Positions 9,786-19,173 of a DNA stretch of 57,373 nucleotides are shown piece by piece; the stretch's first letter is position 1, and the number at the start of each line of letters is the position of its first letter. The notes beneath the pieces were generated by a model. It ran no database searches. It was given only the letters and a program-made list of their open reading frames with translations, and was not told where the DNA came from. A program made the position numbers and the translations under genes. Origin of the DNA: a virus (Duplodnaviria > Caudoviricetes). The stretch lies in IMG/VR virus record IMGVR_UViG_3300025835_000003, positions 1 through 57,373 of that record; one strand, written 5' to 3'.

Positions 9786-10729
9786 TATGTGTATCTCCTC
9801 ATTACATAATCGTGCTCCAACAGTTCAAATTTATCAAATCCTCCTTCCCATACATTGTGTAGAATGGTTATACAATTTCTCCACATGTGTGCAGTGTTGG
9901 CGTTCCAGTCGTATAACATTTCTGGATGAGTGAAACATCCACAGGACAGTCCGAAGGTAACCGTCCCATCCGCACAGACCATCTGCTTCAAGTCATACGT
10001 GTGCGTGTGTCCTTGTATAGAGGAGCCTAGGTTCTTCCTGATGAGGGAGTTACCAATGTTTTCTCCTGAAATGGGTTGCCCTTTTACGCCACTTGAAAAG
10101 TAGTGTGAAAACAAAACACCATTCAACATTCCCACTTCCTTGAAAGGTACAATCACATTCCAGTATTTCTCATAGTTCAGGTCTTTGACCCCTATCATCC
10201 CTTCTAGTTCTGGATGAATACTTATGGCTGTGTTTATCCTTCCTTGGTCATGATTGCCTAAACAATGTACTGTGAATAGAGAAAACTTTCTCTTTCTTAA
10301 AGAAGCCCGCTTCTTGTTATAGGCATCTATCGGCTTAAACAGCCGCCGCTGTGCATCATGTGCAGCTTGGATGTCCTTCTTATATCTCCTTCCCTCAAAC
10401 TCAAGACGGCCCCTATCATAGCTGGACAGGGAAGGCATGTCTGCAAAGTCTCCTATATTCAATATACATGTTGCTTGTTCCTCCAGCAACAGGTTGCCGA
10501 GTGCTTCATATCGATCATTGTCGAAATCAGGATGTGCATGACTATCCGGCAAGATGACTATCTTGTTAGTGGACGGTAATGTCTGTTGAACGACGATTGG
10601 TCGGTTCATCAGACGTGGGTTCACTTTCTTCTGCGTCGGCACCATATTGTTTTGATCCTTTTCCGTTACCTTTCCCGACACTGGATCGCCGTCTATTCGG
10701 GGAAGTGGAGGTGGGTTTCTTAGCTCCAA
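9785..10729 (-). CDS. Calcineurin-like metallophosphoesterase (start uncertain)
   Basis: DSH, GDFAD, GNHD, SHY, GHTH motifs. Confidence 0.88.
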   Translation of the reverse strand: MELRNPPPLPRIDGDPVSGKVTEKDQNNMVPTQKKVNPRLMNRPIVVQQTLPSTNKIVILPDSHAHPDFDNDRYEALGNLLLEEQATCILNIGDFADMPSLSSYDRGRLEFEGRRYKKDIQAAHDAQRRLFKPIDAYNKKRASLRKRKFSLFTVHCLGNHDQGRINTAISIHPELEGMIGVKDLNYEKYWNVIVPFKEVGMLNGVLFSHYFSSGVKGQPISGENIGNSLIRKNLGSSIQGHTHTYDLKQMVCADGTVTFGLSCGCFTHPEMLYDWNANTAHMWRNCITILHNVWEGGFDKFELLEHDYVMRRYT

Positions 10730-11006
10730 GTATCTCTAGCATGGTAGCTCCAGATGCCTGATCTTGTATGCTTACCGGTGAAACATCCAATATCTGTGTA
10801 GCAAAACCTGTCAGAATATACACCAATTGGAAACTTGCCGGGGCATCGATTACGGCTATACCAGAGGAATCCACGGGACCACTAATGTCATATCGTGTTC
10901 GCACAACGATATTGCCCGTGCCTTTCTCAAGCCCTACTACAAGCGCGGCTATTGAATCAAGCTCTTCAAAGAGAGCATCAATATCTCTTTGCTGTTTATC
11001 TTTCAT
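10566..11006 (-). CDS. Hypothetical protein
   Basis: AAGGAG RBS before the ATG at 11006. Confidence 0.55.
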   Translation of the reverse strand: MKDKQQRDIDALFEELDSIAALVVGLEKGTGNIVVRTRYDISGPVDSSGIAVIDAPASFQLVYILTGFATQILDVSPVSIQDQASGATMLEILGAKKPTSTSPNRRRSSVGKGNGKGSKQYGADAEESEPTSDEPTNRRSTDITVH

Positions 11007-11187
11007 CAAAATCTCCTTTGCCTCGACTTCCCATAAGTTGTATAATCTCAAGTACAAATACGATAGGCCATACAAGAGCGTGCAATAGTATAGTCCTGTG
11101 TCGGATTACTTTATCACCTGGAGAATATCCCACTACCCATACCACAATACCACCTACAACATATATGATTAGCAGTGTAACCAGCAT
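10996..11187 (-). CDS. Small two-TM membrane protein
   Basis: IYVVG...ALVWP hydrophobic pattern. Confidence 0.6.
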   Translation of the reverse strand: MLVTLLIIYVVGGIVVWVVGYSPGDKVIRHRTILLHALVWPIVFVLEIIQLMGSRGKGDFDER

Positions 11188-11200
11188 AATGATGCTCTCA

Positions 11201-11605
11201 TTATTTCTTCATCCATTCTTCGGGCACTGTACCCTCCAGACTTACTGCTGATGGAATACCATACTTGTGTGCCCATTGTGTGTACCGTAAGCTTCTTGCT
11301 CCTTTACCAATCTTGTTGTCTCGCATGAACAATAAATGGATATCCAAATGAGGATTCTGCTTCTTCACCAATAGCATTTTTGTTCGATCTTCTCTTGTGA
11401 AACGCCCCTTTGTTTCTATATACACACCATTTGCCAATACGAAATCAGGTATGTAGGTTCTGCTTTGCTCAGGGATCGTATACTTTACGCCTTTTGTTTC
11501 ATATCCAAACTTGATCCCTTTGCTTTCCAAGTATTTGGAAACTTTCTTTTCAAATCCACTCCTGAATTTTTTTATCCCTTTGTTACTTTTTACGGTACGG
11601 GACAT
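11201..11605 (-). CDS. T7 endonuclease I-like Holliday junction resolvase
   Basis: FRSGFE...YIPDF...IETKG motifs. Confidence 0.9.
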   Translation of the reverse strand: MSRTVKSNKGIKKFRSGFEKKVSKYLESKGIKFGYETKGVKYTIPEQSRTYIPDFVLANGVYIETKGRFTREDRTKMLLVKKQNPHLDIHLLFMRDNKIGKGARSLRYTQWAHKYGIPSAVSLEGTVPEEWMKK

Positions 11606-12302
11606 GTTCTTTCCATGTAGTGGAAGGCGTTCTCAGTATCCACAATAGAGAGGCCACCTCATCGAAAGCCTTCTCATATTCAGAATCACCGTAGAACTCT
11701 CTATATTTCTCACGTACAATATCATCCACTTTCCGCATATCTTCTTTATGTGGATTCAATAATTTGTGGGCAGTCTTGGGGCCTATTCCCCGGATGCCGG
11801 GAATGTTATCCGACACATCACCAACAAGCATCTGCGTGTAGAAATTATAGTTGGCATCTTCAAGGGATACATCATAATAAATATCCTTGACCCAGTTATA
11901 GTGATATCCCGGTATAGTATCCAGATCCTTATCAATGGATACGATGCAGGTACTTTTATCTGGGTGGCTGTATTGCTCAATGCCCAACGCATCGTCCGCT
12001 TCTATGCCATCTGTTATGGTGGCACCATGCACATCTACCAAATATTCCCGGATAGCTTCATAGTGTTCCGGCTTCCTTTCCGATCTCGTCCCTTTGTAAG
12101 GTTTGAGAGTAGCCAAATGATACCTGAAGTTGCTTGATCCGCTCAGGTAGGAACGATAGTCCTGCACACCAAGTTTTCCCAGTGCTGAATGGATCGTTTG
12201 CTTAACAGAATGCAGCGCAAACTCAACCGGTTCTCCCTCTGGGCAGGCGAATCCTATCCGGTAGCAAATGATGTCAGCATCTATTAAGGCGGTTTTTAGC
12301 AT
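11583..12302 (-). CDS. T7 gp6-like 5'-3' exonuclease
   Basis: IDAD, YKGTR, EADD, SIDKD, GDVSDNIPGIRGIGPK motifs. Confidence 0.92.
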   Translation of the reverse strand: MLKTALIDADIICYRIGFACPEGEPVEFALHSVKQTIHSALGKLGVQDYRSYLSGSSNFRYHLATLKPYKGTRSERKPEHYEAIREYLVDVHGATITDGIEADDALGIEQYSHPDKSTCIVSIDKDLDTIPGYHYNWVKDIYYDVSLEDANYNFYTQMLVGDVSDNIPGIRGIGPKTAHKLLNPHKEDMRKVDDIVREKYREFYGDSEYEKAFDEVASLLWILRTPSTTWKEHVPYRKK

Positions 12303-12330
12303 GGTGTCATTTGTTATCTAGTTATCCAGA

Positions 12331-12618
12331 TTATTTACGTAGATACTTTTTGAAGAACTCATATGTGCCAGGATCAGAATGGGCATATTTATCAATGTCG
12401 AGATACATCTTTCCATCCTTGTTTGATGCCCATGTATTTCCGAATTGCTTCTCACTTGACACAAAATCCTCCAAGTACGCGGCGTTGTCTATCGACATCT
12501 GTTGCAAAATGCCTCTGTCGAAAGCGCGGCGCCGTTGGTGTTCCTGCTTCTTGAAACTCTTGTCACTTGCGGATGTGCTGTATCCAAATATAGGTGTTTT
12601 CTTAAATGATTTTCCCAC
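12331..12618 (-). CDS. Small basic hypothetical protein
   Basis: MGKSFKKTPIFG...WASNKDGK; AAGGA RBS. Confidence 0.6.
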   Translation of the reverse strand: MGKSFKKTPIFGYSTSASDKSFKKQEHQRRRAFDRGILQQMSIDNAAYLEDFVSSEKQFGNTWASNKDGKMYLDIDKYAHSDPGTYEFFKKYLRK

Positions 12619-12639
12619 TGTAGTCCTTCCTTGTCCTCA

Positions 12640-14595
12640 TTACTTTATGGGGCACGCCCCACCTACGCAATCTTCTGCATCCTCAAATTGATCCACCTGA
12701 TAGTTCACTTCTGTTATCTTGGTTGTAGTCTTTACCATTTCATCAAAGACTTCCTTTGATATCTTTTCCAATGGGGCTTGATCAAAGCCATGCTCTTGTC
12801 GCAGCAAGAAACTCACACTCTTGAAATTGTCAGTGTAATTCTTCTTCAGATATTTCTTGATGGCGGGCAATTCCTCAAGCCCATAATATATCGTGCATGA
12901 TACGGCATTGTCGCTCCAATCGCGCTGGACCCTGCGCACCACTTCAAGTTGGTCGATAGCAGATAGTTCATCTGCTACAGGAGTACCTTCTGGATATGAA
13001 AAGGGAAAGGATATGACAGACGTACTTTTGTCTTCGCTTCCGTCAAAGTAGCGAACCGGCTCGATGTGATATCCATGCTTCCTGCAAATCTCAACAAGCG
13101 GGCTATCTGAACTGATGCGTATCCTCCGGATCATGTATGTTGCAAAGGCTGGGTGACACCCCGGCGTTACTCCGGGCAACAGACTTAACGTGCCAGATGG
13201 CTTCTGTGTAGTAAGTTTGATGCTTTCCGGCACATTTAGTTCCCCGGAATACTCTTTGTCATACAGCCTGAGTTCAGAATACACCTTCGGTAACCACTTG
13301 CGCTGTTCCTCAGTAGCTTGAAGATAGCCTGTTACACCAATGCCCATCCGCAGATTCCGGGCCACCACTTCTTGTGTAGTCGCATCATGCGCTGGCAATC
13401 CCAATGAGTGTTTGTTAATACGATATAACAGTTTAGTTATATCCAGTAGTTCTTCCAGTGAGTCTACGTTAGGCAGGAATATCTCGGCCAGGCAGCAGGG
13501 TTCCCCATTTTCCAAGGCTATTTCTGCACAGGGATTGACTCCAATGATCTTTGGATCGGGGTATGCAGTGTCACCCAGTCTACCTATCTTCCGGCAAAGC
13601 TCCAGGTTTATCAAGCCATAGCACTCTCCATTTCCTTGATACCCTTCCCAGAACTCATCAGGAAGTTCACTTATGTCCGAACAAACAACAGAGTTGTTGG
13701 AATTGGAACGCCACGGAGGAATACTCCCCAAGTCCCACCGCTTAGCCATGATGAAAGGGATATCATCCGCATCACCTATGGCAATCTGTGCGGAGCGGCG
13801 GACATTGCCGGACACAACAATGCTGCCAATAATGTTCATGATATCCAGGCAATCCACAGTGGTCAGGTGGGTGCCTTTCCTTCCTTCAAGGATTTCTCCA
13901 ATTTGTTCAAGGCCGCGACACAAAGGCTCAGCGCCACTTGAGATTCCGCCAAAGCCTTTAATAGATTCTCCCTTGCCACGTACAAGTTGGGTTGAGTAAG
14001 TTCGGCAGGGTTTACGAGATGGTTCGAGAGCAGTTCCAAGCGTTTGGCGAAGTAATTCAATCCATCCTTCCCGAGTATCGGGGACAATGAAGTCTGCATC
14101 TTTGCTATCTCTACGTACAGGTTTGATAAAATCTGTTCGTACTTTCGGTAATTGTTTAACATGTTCCCTCCGTATAGAGAAGCCCACTCCTCCACCTAGC
14201 ATCAGTTTATCAAAGGCAAAACAGAAGGCTTCCATGTTATCTACGGCTACCATCCAACAATTCTGTAAGGAAGCAAGCCCCAGCTTATCAACCGTGGGGG
14301 TGCCTAGTTGCCATAAAAATCGCCCGGCGACAGTTCCCTTCAGAGCCAGAATATAATGTCTCAGCCGGGACTTCTCTTCTTCGGTGAACGCACACCGTAA
14401 CTGTGTATCTGTAGCTTTTATTACACGGTCGACACATTCATTAAATTGTTCTTGTGTTCCATTCCTCTTGGGCCGTGAATAGGTTCTCAGAAATACCAGC
14501 AGTCCAAGGGTGGACCAAGGGGTTGCATCAATGGGTGTGGCACAGGCTTCTTCACCAGACCCTACAGCATTGTTCTGTTCTTCTTTCATCAACAT
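12640..14595 (-). CDS. nrdJ: Class II (adenosylcobalamin-dependent) ribonucleotide reductase
   Basis: RTYSR, LMLGGGVGF, GNVRRSA, NPCAEI, KPSGTLSLL motifs and C-terminal CVGGACPIK; no beta subunit nearby. Confidence 0.88.
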   Translation of the reverse strand: MLMKEEQNNAVGSGEEACATPIDATPWSTLGLLVFLRTYSRPKRNGTQEQFNECVDRVIKATDTQLRCAFTEEEKSRLRHYILALKGTVAGRFLWQLGTPTVDKLGLASLQNCWMVAVDNMEAFCFAFDKLMLGGGVGFSIRREHVKQLPKVRTDFIKPVRRDSKDADFIVPDTREGWIELLRQTLGTALEPSRKPCRTYSTQLVRGKGESIKGFGGISSGAEPLCRGLEQIGEILEGRKGTHLTTVDCLDIMNIIGSIVVSGNVRRSAQIAIGDADDIPFIMAKRWDLGSIPPWRSNSNNSVVCSDISELPDEFWEGYQGNGECYGLINLELCRKIGRLGDTAYPDPKIIGVNPCAEIALENGEPCCLAEIFLPNVDSLEELLDITKLLYRINKHSLGLPAHDATTQEVVARNLRMGIGVTGYLQATEEQRKWLPKVYSELRLYDKEYSGELNVPESIKLTTQKPSGTLSLLPGVTPGCHPAFATYMIRRIRISSDSPLVEICRKHGYHIEPVRYFDGSEDKSTSVISFPFSYPEGTPVADELSAIDQLEVVRRVQRDWSDNAVSCTIYYGLEELPAIKKYLKKNYTDNFKSVSFLLRQEHGFDQAPLEKISKEVFDEMVKTTTKITEVNYQVDQFEDAEDCVGGACPIK

Positions 14596-14602
14596 GATTT
14601 AT

Positions 14603-15064
14603 TCATTCTCCTTGTGGTGCAATCTGTTCCTTCTTCGCCTCTTCTTCCTGTGCCTTATGATATTCCACATCATCCAAGCGTTCGTTGATCAACATCTGAG
14701 CTATAATAATATAGTTTACTATATCCAGGACTGAATCTAAACAAGATTCTTCCTTGACGGAAAGAGTTCCTTCATCGACAAACGTGTTGATCCGCTCAAG
14801 TTTGTCTTGGATGCGCAGCAAGACCCCCTTTACAGGATCGATCCCCAGTTTGGATGCTCCACGGAAGTTTCTGAAATGATCCCCACCACTGCTGTAGTCG
14901 TGGCTTTTTGCTAGCATCAGCTTCCGCGCTTTATCGCACAGTTCGGAGTGGAATGTGCTTAAGGCTGAAGGGGACACATTTGCTGGGCACTCCTTCGCTA
15001 CCCCTGATATTAGGATCGCGGCATCTTCCAACAAGGTGCTGTCTTTCTTATACCCTTCCATCAT
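14603..15064 (-). CDS. Nucleotide-modification-associated domain 1 (DUF1599-like) protein
   Basis: KSHDY...D.FRNF...GVLLRIQDKLER...DSVLDIVNY pattern. Confidence 0.7.
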   Translation of the reverse strand: MMEGYKKDSTLLEDAAILISGVAKECPANVSPSALSTFHSELCDKARKLMLAKSHDYSSGGDHFRNFRGASKLGIDPVKGVLLRIQDKLERINTFVDEGTLSVKEESCLDSVLDIVNYIIIAQMLINERLDDVEYHKAQEEEAKKEQIAPQGE

Positions 15065-15077
15065 CAAATCTCCTCCG

Positions 15078-15320
15078 TCAATCCCACAAGTAGCCAGGCA
15101 TCGTAGTTCCACCAGAACTGTATATCTTCAGTGCTCTTTGCACATCCTCTACAAACCATCCCTCATCCACTCTTGTGTTGATCCCAAAAATATCCTTGAA
15201 TCTTTCTGGATCTTCAAGGGAGTTCAGCAGTTTGCAGAACTCTTCTTCCGTCACTACCTCCAGACCATCCTTGGTCTGGTGGGTAGTCACACTCGGCTTC
15301 TTGTTGAAGTTACCAGCCAT
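15078..15320 (-). CDS. Hypothetical protein
   Basis: Fills the gap between the putative SSB and the Nmad1 gene. Confidence 0.5.
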   Translation of the reverse strand: MAGNFNKKPSVTTHQTKDGLEVVTEEEFCKLLNSLEDPERFKDIFGINTRVDEGWFVEDVQRALKIYSSGGTTMPGYLWD

Positions 15321-15987
15321 CGTTCTGATCGGCCGCGTCCTCTGGTTCGCCGGATACTGCCTTTGCTTCCGAGGATTGCGCAGGAACTGCCGGAGGAGTA
15401 TCCGTCTTGCCTGTTGCATAATTATAGAAGTCATTCGTCAATGCGTTACAGAGCAAGCAAAGCGCTTCAAATTGCCCTTTCTTTGCAGTAGAAAAGGGTA
15501 GCACGCCCGCTTGCTGAGCAACGTTGAGCAGGGCAATCGCCGAGTTTCGAGCAGCGTGTCGGCTGATCGTGTCCTCCCTGTGACTGGCCGACACCGCTGC
15601 GGGAGGATGGCGAGACACACCCCTTTCTGGGGGATTAGGCGCAGCCAGGACTACCTGCTCCACCTGCTGCGGGCGAGGCGGCGCGACGCGCTGTTGCGGG
15701 GCACGTCTTACTTGTGGGGGTGGACTCCTGCGGGGCGGCGGGGGTGGTGGTGCAGCGCTTTCCTCCCCATTCTCCCCATATACGTTCAAGCTGTTTGCTG
15801 TAATGTTGAAGTAACGTCCCTTTCGGGTGGCATCGAATTCTACATAGGAACCGATTCGGACACCCAGATCTTCCGGGTTGACGCGGCCCATACCATATAC
15901 TTGTCCATCTATTTCCAAGTTATACATAGTACCATAACTTGTTTCGTTGGGTTGGATGTTCGTTACGTAGCCTGCAAATTCTGACAT
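15310..15987 (-). CDS. Putative single-stranded DNA-binding protein
   Basis: OB-fold-like N-terminus, Pro-rich linker and acidic tail ending in W; directly downstream of the polymerase. Confidence 0.55.
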   Translation of the reverse strand: MSEFAGYVTNIQPNETSYGTMYNLEIDGQVYGMGRVNPEDLGVRIGSYVEFDATRKGRYFNITANSLNVYGENGEESAAPPPPPPRRSPPPQVRRAPQQRVAPPRPQQVEQVVLAAPNPPERGVSRHPPAAVSASHREDTISRHAARNSAIALLNVAQQAGVLPFSTAKKGQFEALCLLCNALTNDFYNYATGKTDTPPAVPAQSSEAKAVSGEPEDAADQNDGW

Positions 15988-15999
15988 AGTTCATATCTC

Positions 16000-17943
16000 C
16001 TAGTGTTCAGGATAATCGTCGTCGTCAAAGTCGTACTCATCACATTCCATACAATCTTCTTTGTATTGCTCTCCCCAATGGGAGCCCTTCTTCACATCCA
16101 CCGCAAGTGGAACCTTGAACTCATAATCATATACATTCTTGAGAAACATCTTTGTTCCCTCGATAAAAGCAAAGCGACAGAGTGACTCTAGTTCCTCCAG
16201 ATATTTGTCATCCGCTTCAAGGATAATCGAATCATGAACAGTCAATAACATCTTGGCTTTAGAGTGATCCATTGCGTGCCATAATATTGTGAACGCTATA
16301 GGAATGATCTCGCCCGTGGCAAATCCTTGTATAGGATAATTGTATACCTCCCGTCGCACATCCAGATATCCCCGGCTGTCCATAGTCGCTTTCGGCCAGT
16401 GGAACAGCATTCCATAGCGGGTTCGCAGATACTTTTCGTTTGCAACAAATAGTTCCCAGCGACTTTGTTCTTTGGCGATGTTAGCATATTTTCTCCTGAA
16501 GAACTCACAATACTTGCGCTCGGCTGGAGTCTTTCCGTTGCCGCCATAAAGAGGCATGAATGTGCATCGCTTGGCCTCCTGTCTCGTGGTCGGCTGGCCA
16601 CCTGCTGTTAGATACTCGGCTGAAATGGCGTGCACATCTACTCCTTCCTTGATCTCTTTCAGCGCTACAACGTCTTTGCAAAGATCTGCCGCACATCTGA
16701 ACTCTAGTTGTGATGCGTCACATTCCAGTATGCTCCATCCTTTCTTCCCTGCGCAAAAGAATTTCTTGTATTCCCTTGGTATGTTCTGTACTTGTGCTCC
16801 CTTCTCTTTCTTCATGCCAGGAATGCGCATCTTGCGCCCCGTGGCAGACAGCCGGCCCGTGTTAGTTATCCCTTGGTTGAGCCGGGGCCTAAACTTCCCA
16901 TCAAAGTGTTTGCAGATGAGATCAAAAAACTCTAGGTTTTTTGTGACCCTTGAATTCAGTTTGTTGAATTCCATATATGCCTGAAGAAAATCTTTTTGTG
17001 CTTGGGTCTTGGGCCGCAGTCTGAGTAAAGCATCCTGCGATGTACTTGCTTCCCCTCCCGGTGTGAGTAGCGGCTTTCCCCGCCCGGGATCTTTGGGCGG
17101 ATCAAATCCTAGGGATTGAAACAGGAATTCACGCAGTTGTTTGGGGCTGTTGAGATTGATACCTCCTGTAAGAGTGTCAAGGGTAGCAATAAGTTCCTTG
17201 ATCGCATTACTAGTGTTCAGCGATTCTTCAGCTACCCGCTCCTTGTCGAGATGAAGGAATCCTAGCTCCATATCAGCAATCGGTGGGCAGGCCATGAAGC
17301 GAGTGTAGGCAAGGTGCAGCATATCTTCGTCCATGAGACGTTTCCGCTGTAGGCGCATCAACCTGTGTGCAATGTGTACATCTCGGAAGCAATACTTTTC
17401 CACCCATGCTCCCGGAATGTCCGCAGTCTTGACACCCAGGCGTATCAATCCACCTACGATATCTTCCTTGGCTGGCAGACCATATCGATCTGCCAGAGAT
17501 CCAAGAGAAAGAGAATACCGTGCATTCGCTCGCAGTACCCACTCGGCTGTCAAGGTGTCCCACACCACCACGTCCCTGATGTCCAGTCCACATTGATGCA
17601 GCCATTGCAGTTCAAACTTTGCTCCGTGCGCAACGATAAACTTGGCAGCTTTGATATCCTTCAGCAATTCCTGCTGTTTTGTCACTCCTCCAAACTTTGA
17701 TTTCTTTTCTACAGCGTTCTCACCTTGCACAACATACCAGCACGCGCAGACCACATCGGCGAAAGGATTACCTGCCCAAGCAAATTCAGCGTCTTCGAGT
17801 GCGCGATCTTCTGGGACAGATAGCAAGGTCGTCTCGAAGTCAAGGACAACGTAGGGATATTCCGAATACAGGCGTTCCACCTGTGCTCGGTTCCTGCGCA
17901 AGGTTTTCGGAACCTCTGGTGTCTTGACTTTCATTATCATCAC
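16000..17943 (-). CDS. Family A DNA polymerase with 3'-5' exonuclease domain
   Basis: LDFETT and YCFRD (exonuclease); TGRLS; DASQLE (motif A), RQEAKRCTFMPLYG (motif B), TVHDSI (motif C). Confidence 0.95.
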   Translation of the reverse strand: MMIMKVKTPEVPKTLRRNRAQVERLYSEYPYVVLDFETTLLSVPEDRALEDAEFAWAGNPFADVVCACWYVVQGENAVEKKSKFGGVTKQQELLKDIKAAKFIVAHGAKFELQWLHQCGLDIRDVVVWDTLTAEWVLRANARYSLSLGSLADRYGLPAKEDIVGGLIRLGVKTADIPGAWVEKYCFRDVHIAHRLMRLQRKRLMDEDMLHLAYTRFMACPPIADMELGFLHLDKERVAEESLNTSNAIKELIATLDTLTGGINLNSPKQLREFLFQSLGFDPPKDPGRGKPLLTPGGEASTSQDALLRLRPKTQAQKDFLQAYMEFNKLNSRVTKNLEFFDLICKHFDGKFRPRLNQGITNTGRLSATGRKMRIPGMKKEKGAQVQNIPREYKKFFCAGKKGWSILECDASQLEFRCAADLCKDVVALKEIKEGVDVHAISAEYLTAGGQPTTRQEAKRCTFMPLYGGNGKTPAERKYCEFFRRKYANIAKEQSRWELFVANEKYLRTRYGMLFHWPKATMDSRGYLDVRREVYNYPIQGFATGEIIPIAFTILWHAMDHSKAKMLLTVHDSIILEADDKYLEELESLCRFAFIEGTKMFLKNVYDYEFKVPLAVDVKKGSHWGEQYKEDCMECDEYDFDDDDYPEH

Positions 17944-18263
17944 GCGGCGTCAGATGCTGAAACTTTGCCGGTAGCTTTATCCATGTTGTTAAGAGCAAAC
18001 GAAATAAACATCTCTAATCCTCGGCCCAGTGCGGCCAGTCTGTCTCCAATACCCTGTTCTAGCTGCTTCTGCGAGACGGTGAAGTAGTATCTGGTGCTAA
18101 CATTTTCAATGTTAACCTGATCTTCATATAGGGTGCTATGAGGAACATCTACTCCCCATAGGCGTTCCCAAGTATATTCTTCTGCATCCGGATCGAAGTA
18201 TACTGCTATCTGTACTTTGCGGGTGTCAACAGCATTGTTTTCAGCTTGCGTCGTATTCGTCAT
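17940..18263 (-). CDS. Hypothetical protein
   Basis: GAGGA RBS; overlaps the polymerase start. Confidence 0.6.
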   Translation of the reverse strand: MTNTTQAENNAVDTRKVQIAVYFDPDAEEYTWERLWGVDVPHSTLYEDQVNIENVSTRYYFTVSQKQLEQGIGDRLAALGRGLEMFISFALNNMDKATGKVSASDAA

Positions 18264-18579
18264 TGTCGCGTTCCTCTTCTGAAAGGGGTTGGAGTGTGTC
18301 ATAATCATCATCGTATAGCTTCTTGCGGCGTTCATATGCAAGCGTAGCTTTCTTCATACGTTCCAGGAATTGCTCATCTCCCGTATCGCCTGAGAAGAAC
18401 CATTCCGTATGTCGCATCGCCTTTGCTGTGTAATCTGCCAGCAATAATATCTTACGCAGTTCTCTATGTACTTCTGGGGTGAATGAAGTATCTGAATCCA
18501 TCGTAGCCATTAGTCTCGCCAGTTCATCGGCAAAGTCTATGACTGCGCTGTATCGATAATTGAATGCTCCTCCACTCAT
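18241..18579 (-). CDS. Hypothetical phage protein (MSGGAFNY type)
   Basis: Recurrent phage N-terminal motif and EWFFSGDTG. Confidence 0.65.
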   Translation of the reverse strand: MSGGAFNYRYSAVIDFADELARLMATMDSDTSFTPEVHRELRKILLLADYTAKAMRHTEWFFSGDTGDEQFLERMKKATLAYERRKKLYDDDYDTLQPLSEEERDNDEYDAS

Positions 18580-18938
18580 GTCGTTCCTATCTTTCTTCGT
18601 GGGCCTTTGATCATGTTGATTGCATCTCCATATTCCATTGGTCCAATATCCTCCAGCACCTTCCCTGTCTCTTCGTCCACAATATGAAACGTTGGATATT
18701 CTAAAGAACCTCCTCCCTCCACACCCGGTTCTTCTTCACACTTCACTACCACTAGTTTACCATCCCAGGTGTACCCGATGATATAGGTAGTATCCGCTCC
18801 TCGTATGAATCCCTCACCTGTTGTCAGGTGGATTAGATCGTTAGCGGAAAAAGGAGCATATAATTGCCGCTCTTTATTGGAGCCTGCGTTGGATGAATCC
18901 TGTTCGCTTGTCTTGTCGGTGGTAATCATGTTATCCAT
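18576..18938 (-). CDS. Hypothetical protein
   Basis: AAGGAG upstream; ATGA overlap downstream. Confidence 0.6.
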   Translation of the reverse strand: MDNMITTDKTSEQDSSNAGSNKERQLYAPFSANDLIHLTTGEGFIRGADTTYIIGYTWDGKLVVVKCEEEPGVEGGGSLEYPTFHIVDEETGKVLEDIGPMEYGDAINMIKGPRRKIGTT

Positions 18939-18967
18939 TGTTGTAAGTGGACGCTCCTTGATGAGTG

Positions 18968-19173
18968 AATATCTAATATAAAATATATTATATTAAGAGC
19001 TATGTATTAAGAGCAAGAGCTTTTATTTATATAAATATATATATACTAAGAGCTTCTAATATAGTTCTATAGAACTATGTAGCTTCTTGGCTTCTAATAG
19101 CTTCTATATATTATATATATATATATATATTATATTAAAAGCTTTTATATTATATATTATATTATATATATAC
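18968..19173. repeat. AT-rich island with AAGAGC repeats, (TA)n runs and the palindrome ATAGTTCTATAGAACTAT; possible origin
   Basis: Seen directly; non-coding gap downstream of the helicase. Confidence 0.7.

Noticed and set aside
14590-14610. Cobalamin riboswitch before the class II RNR
   Set aside because: The intergenic gap is only a few bases.
16000-17943. Z-genome (DpoZ/PurZ) or deazaguanine modification system
   Set aside because: No PurZ, DatZ, DpdA or Que-pathway genes were recognised.
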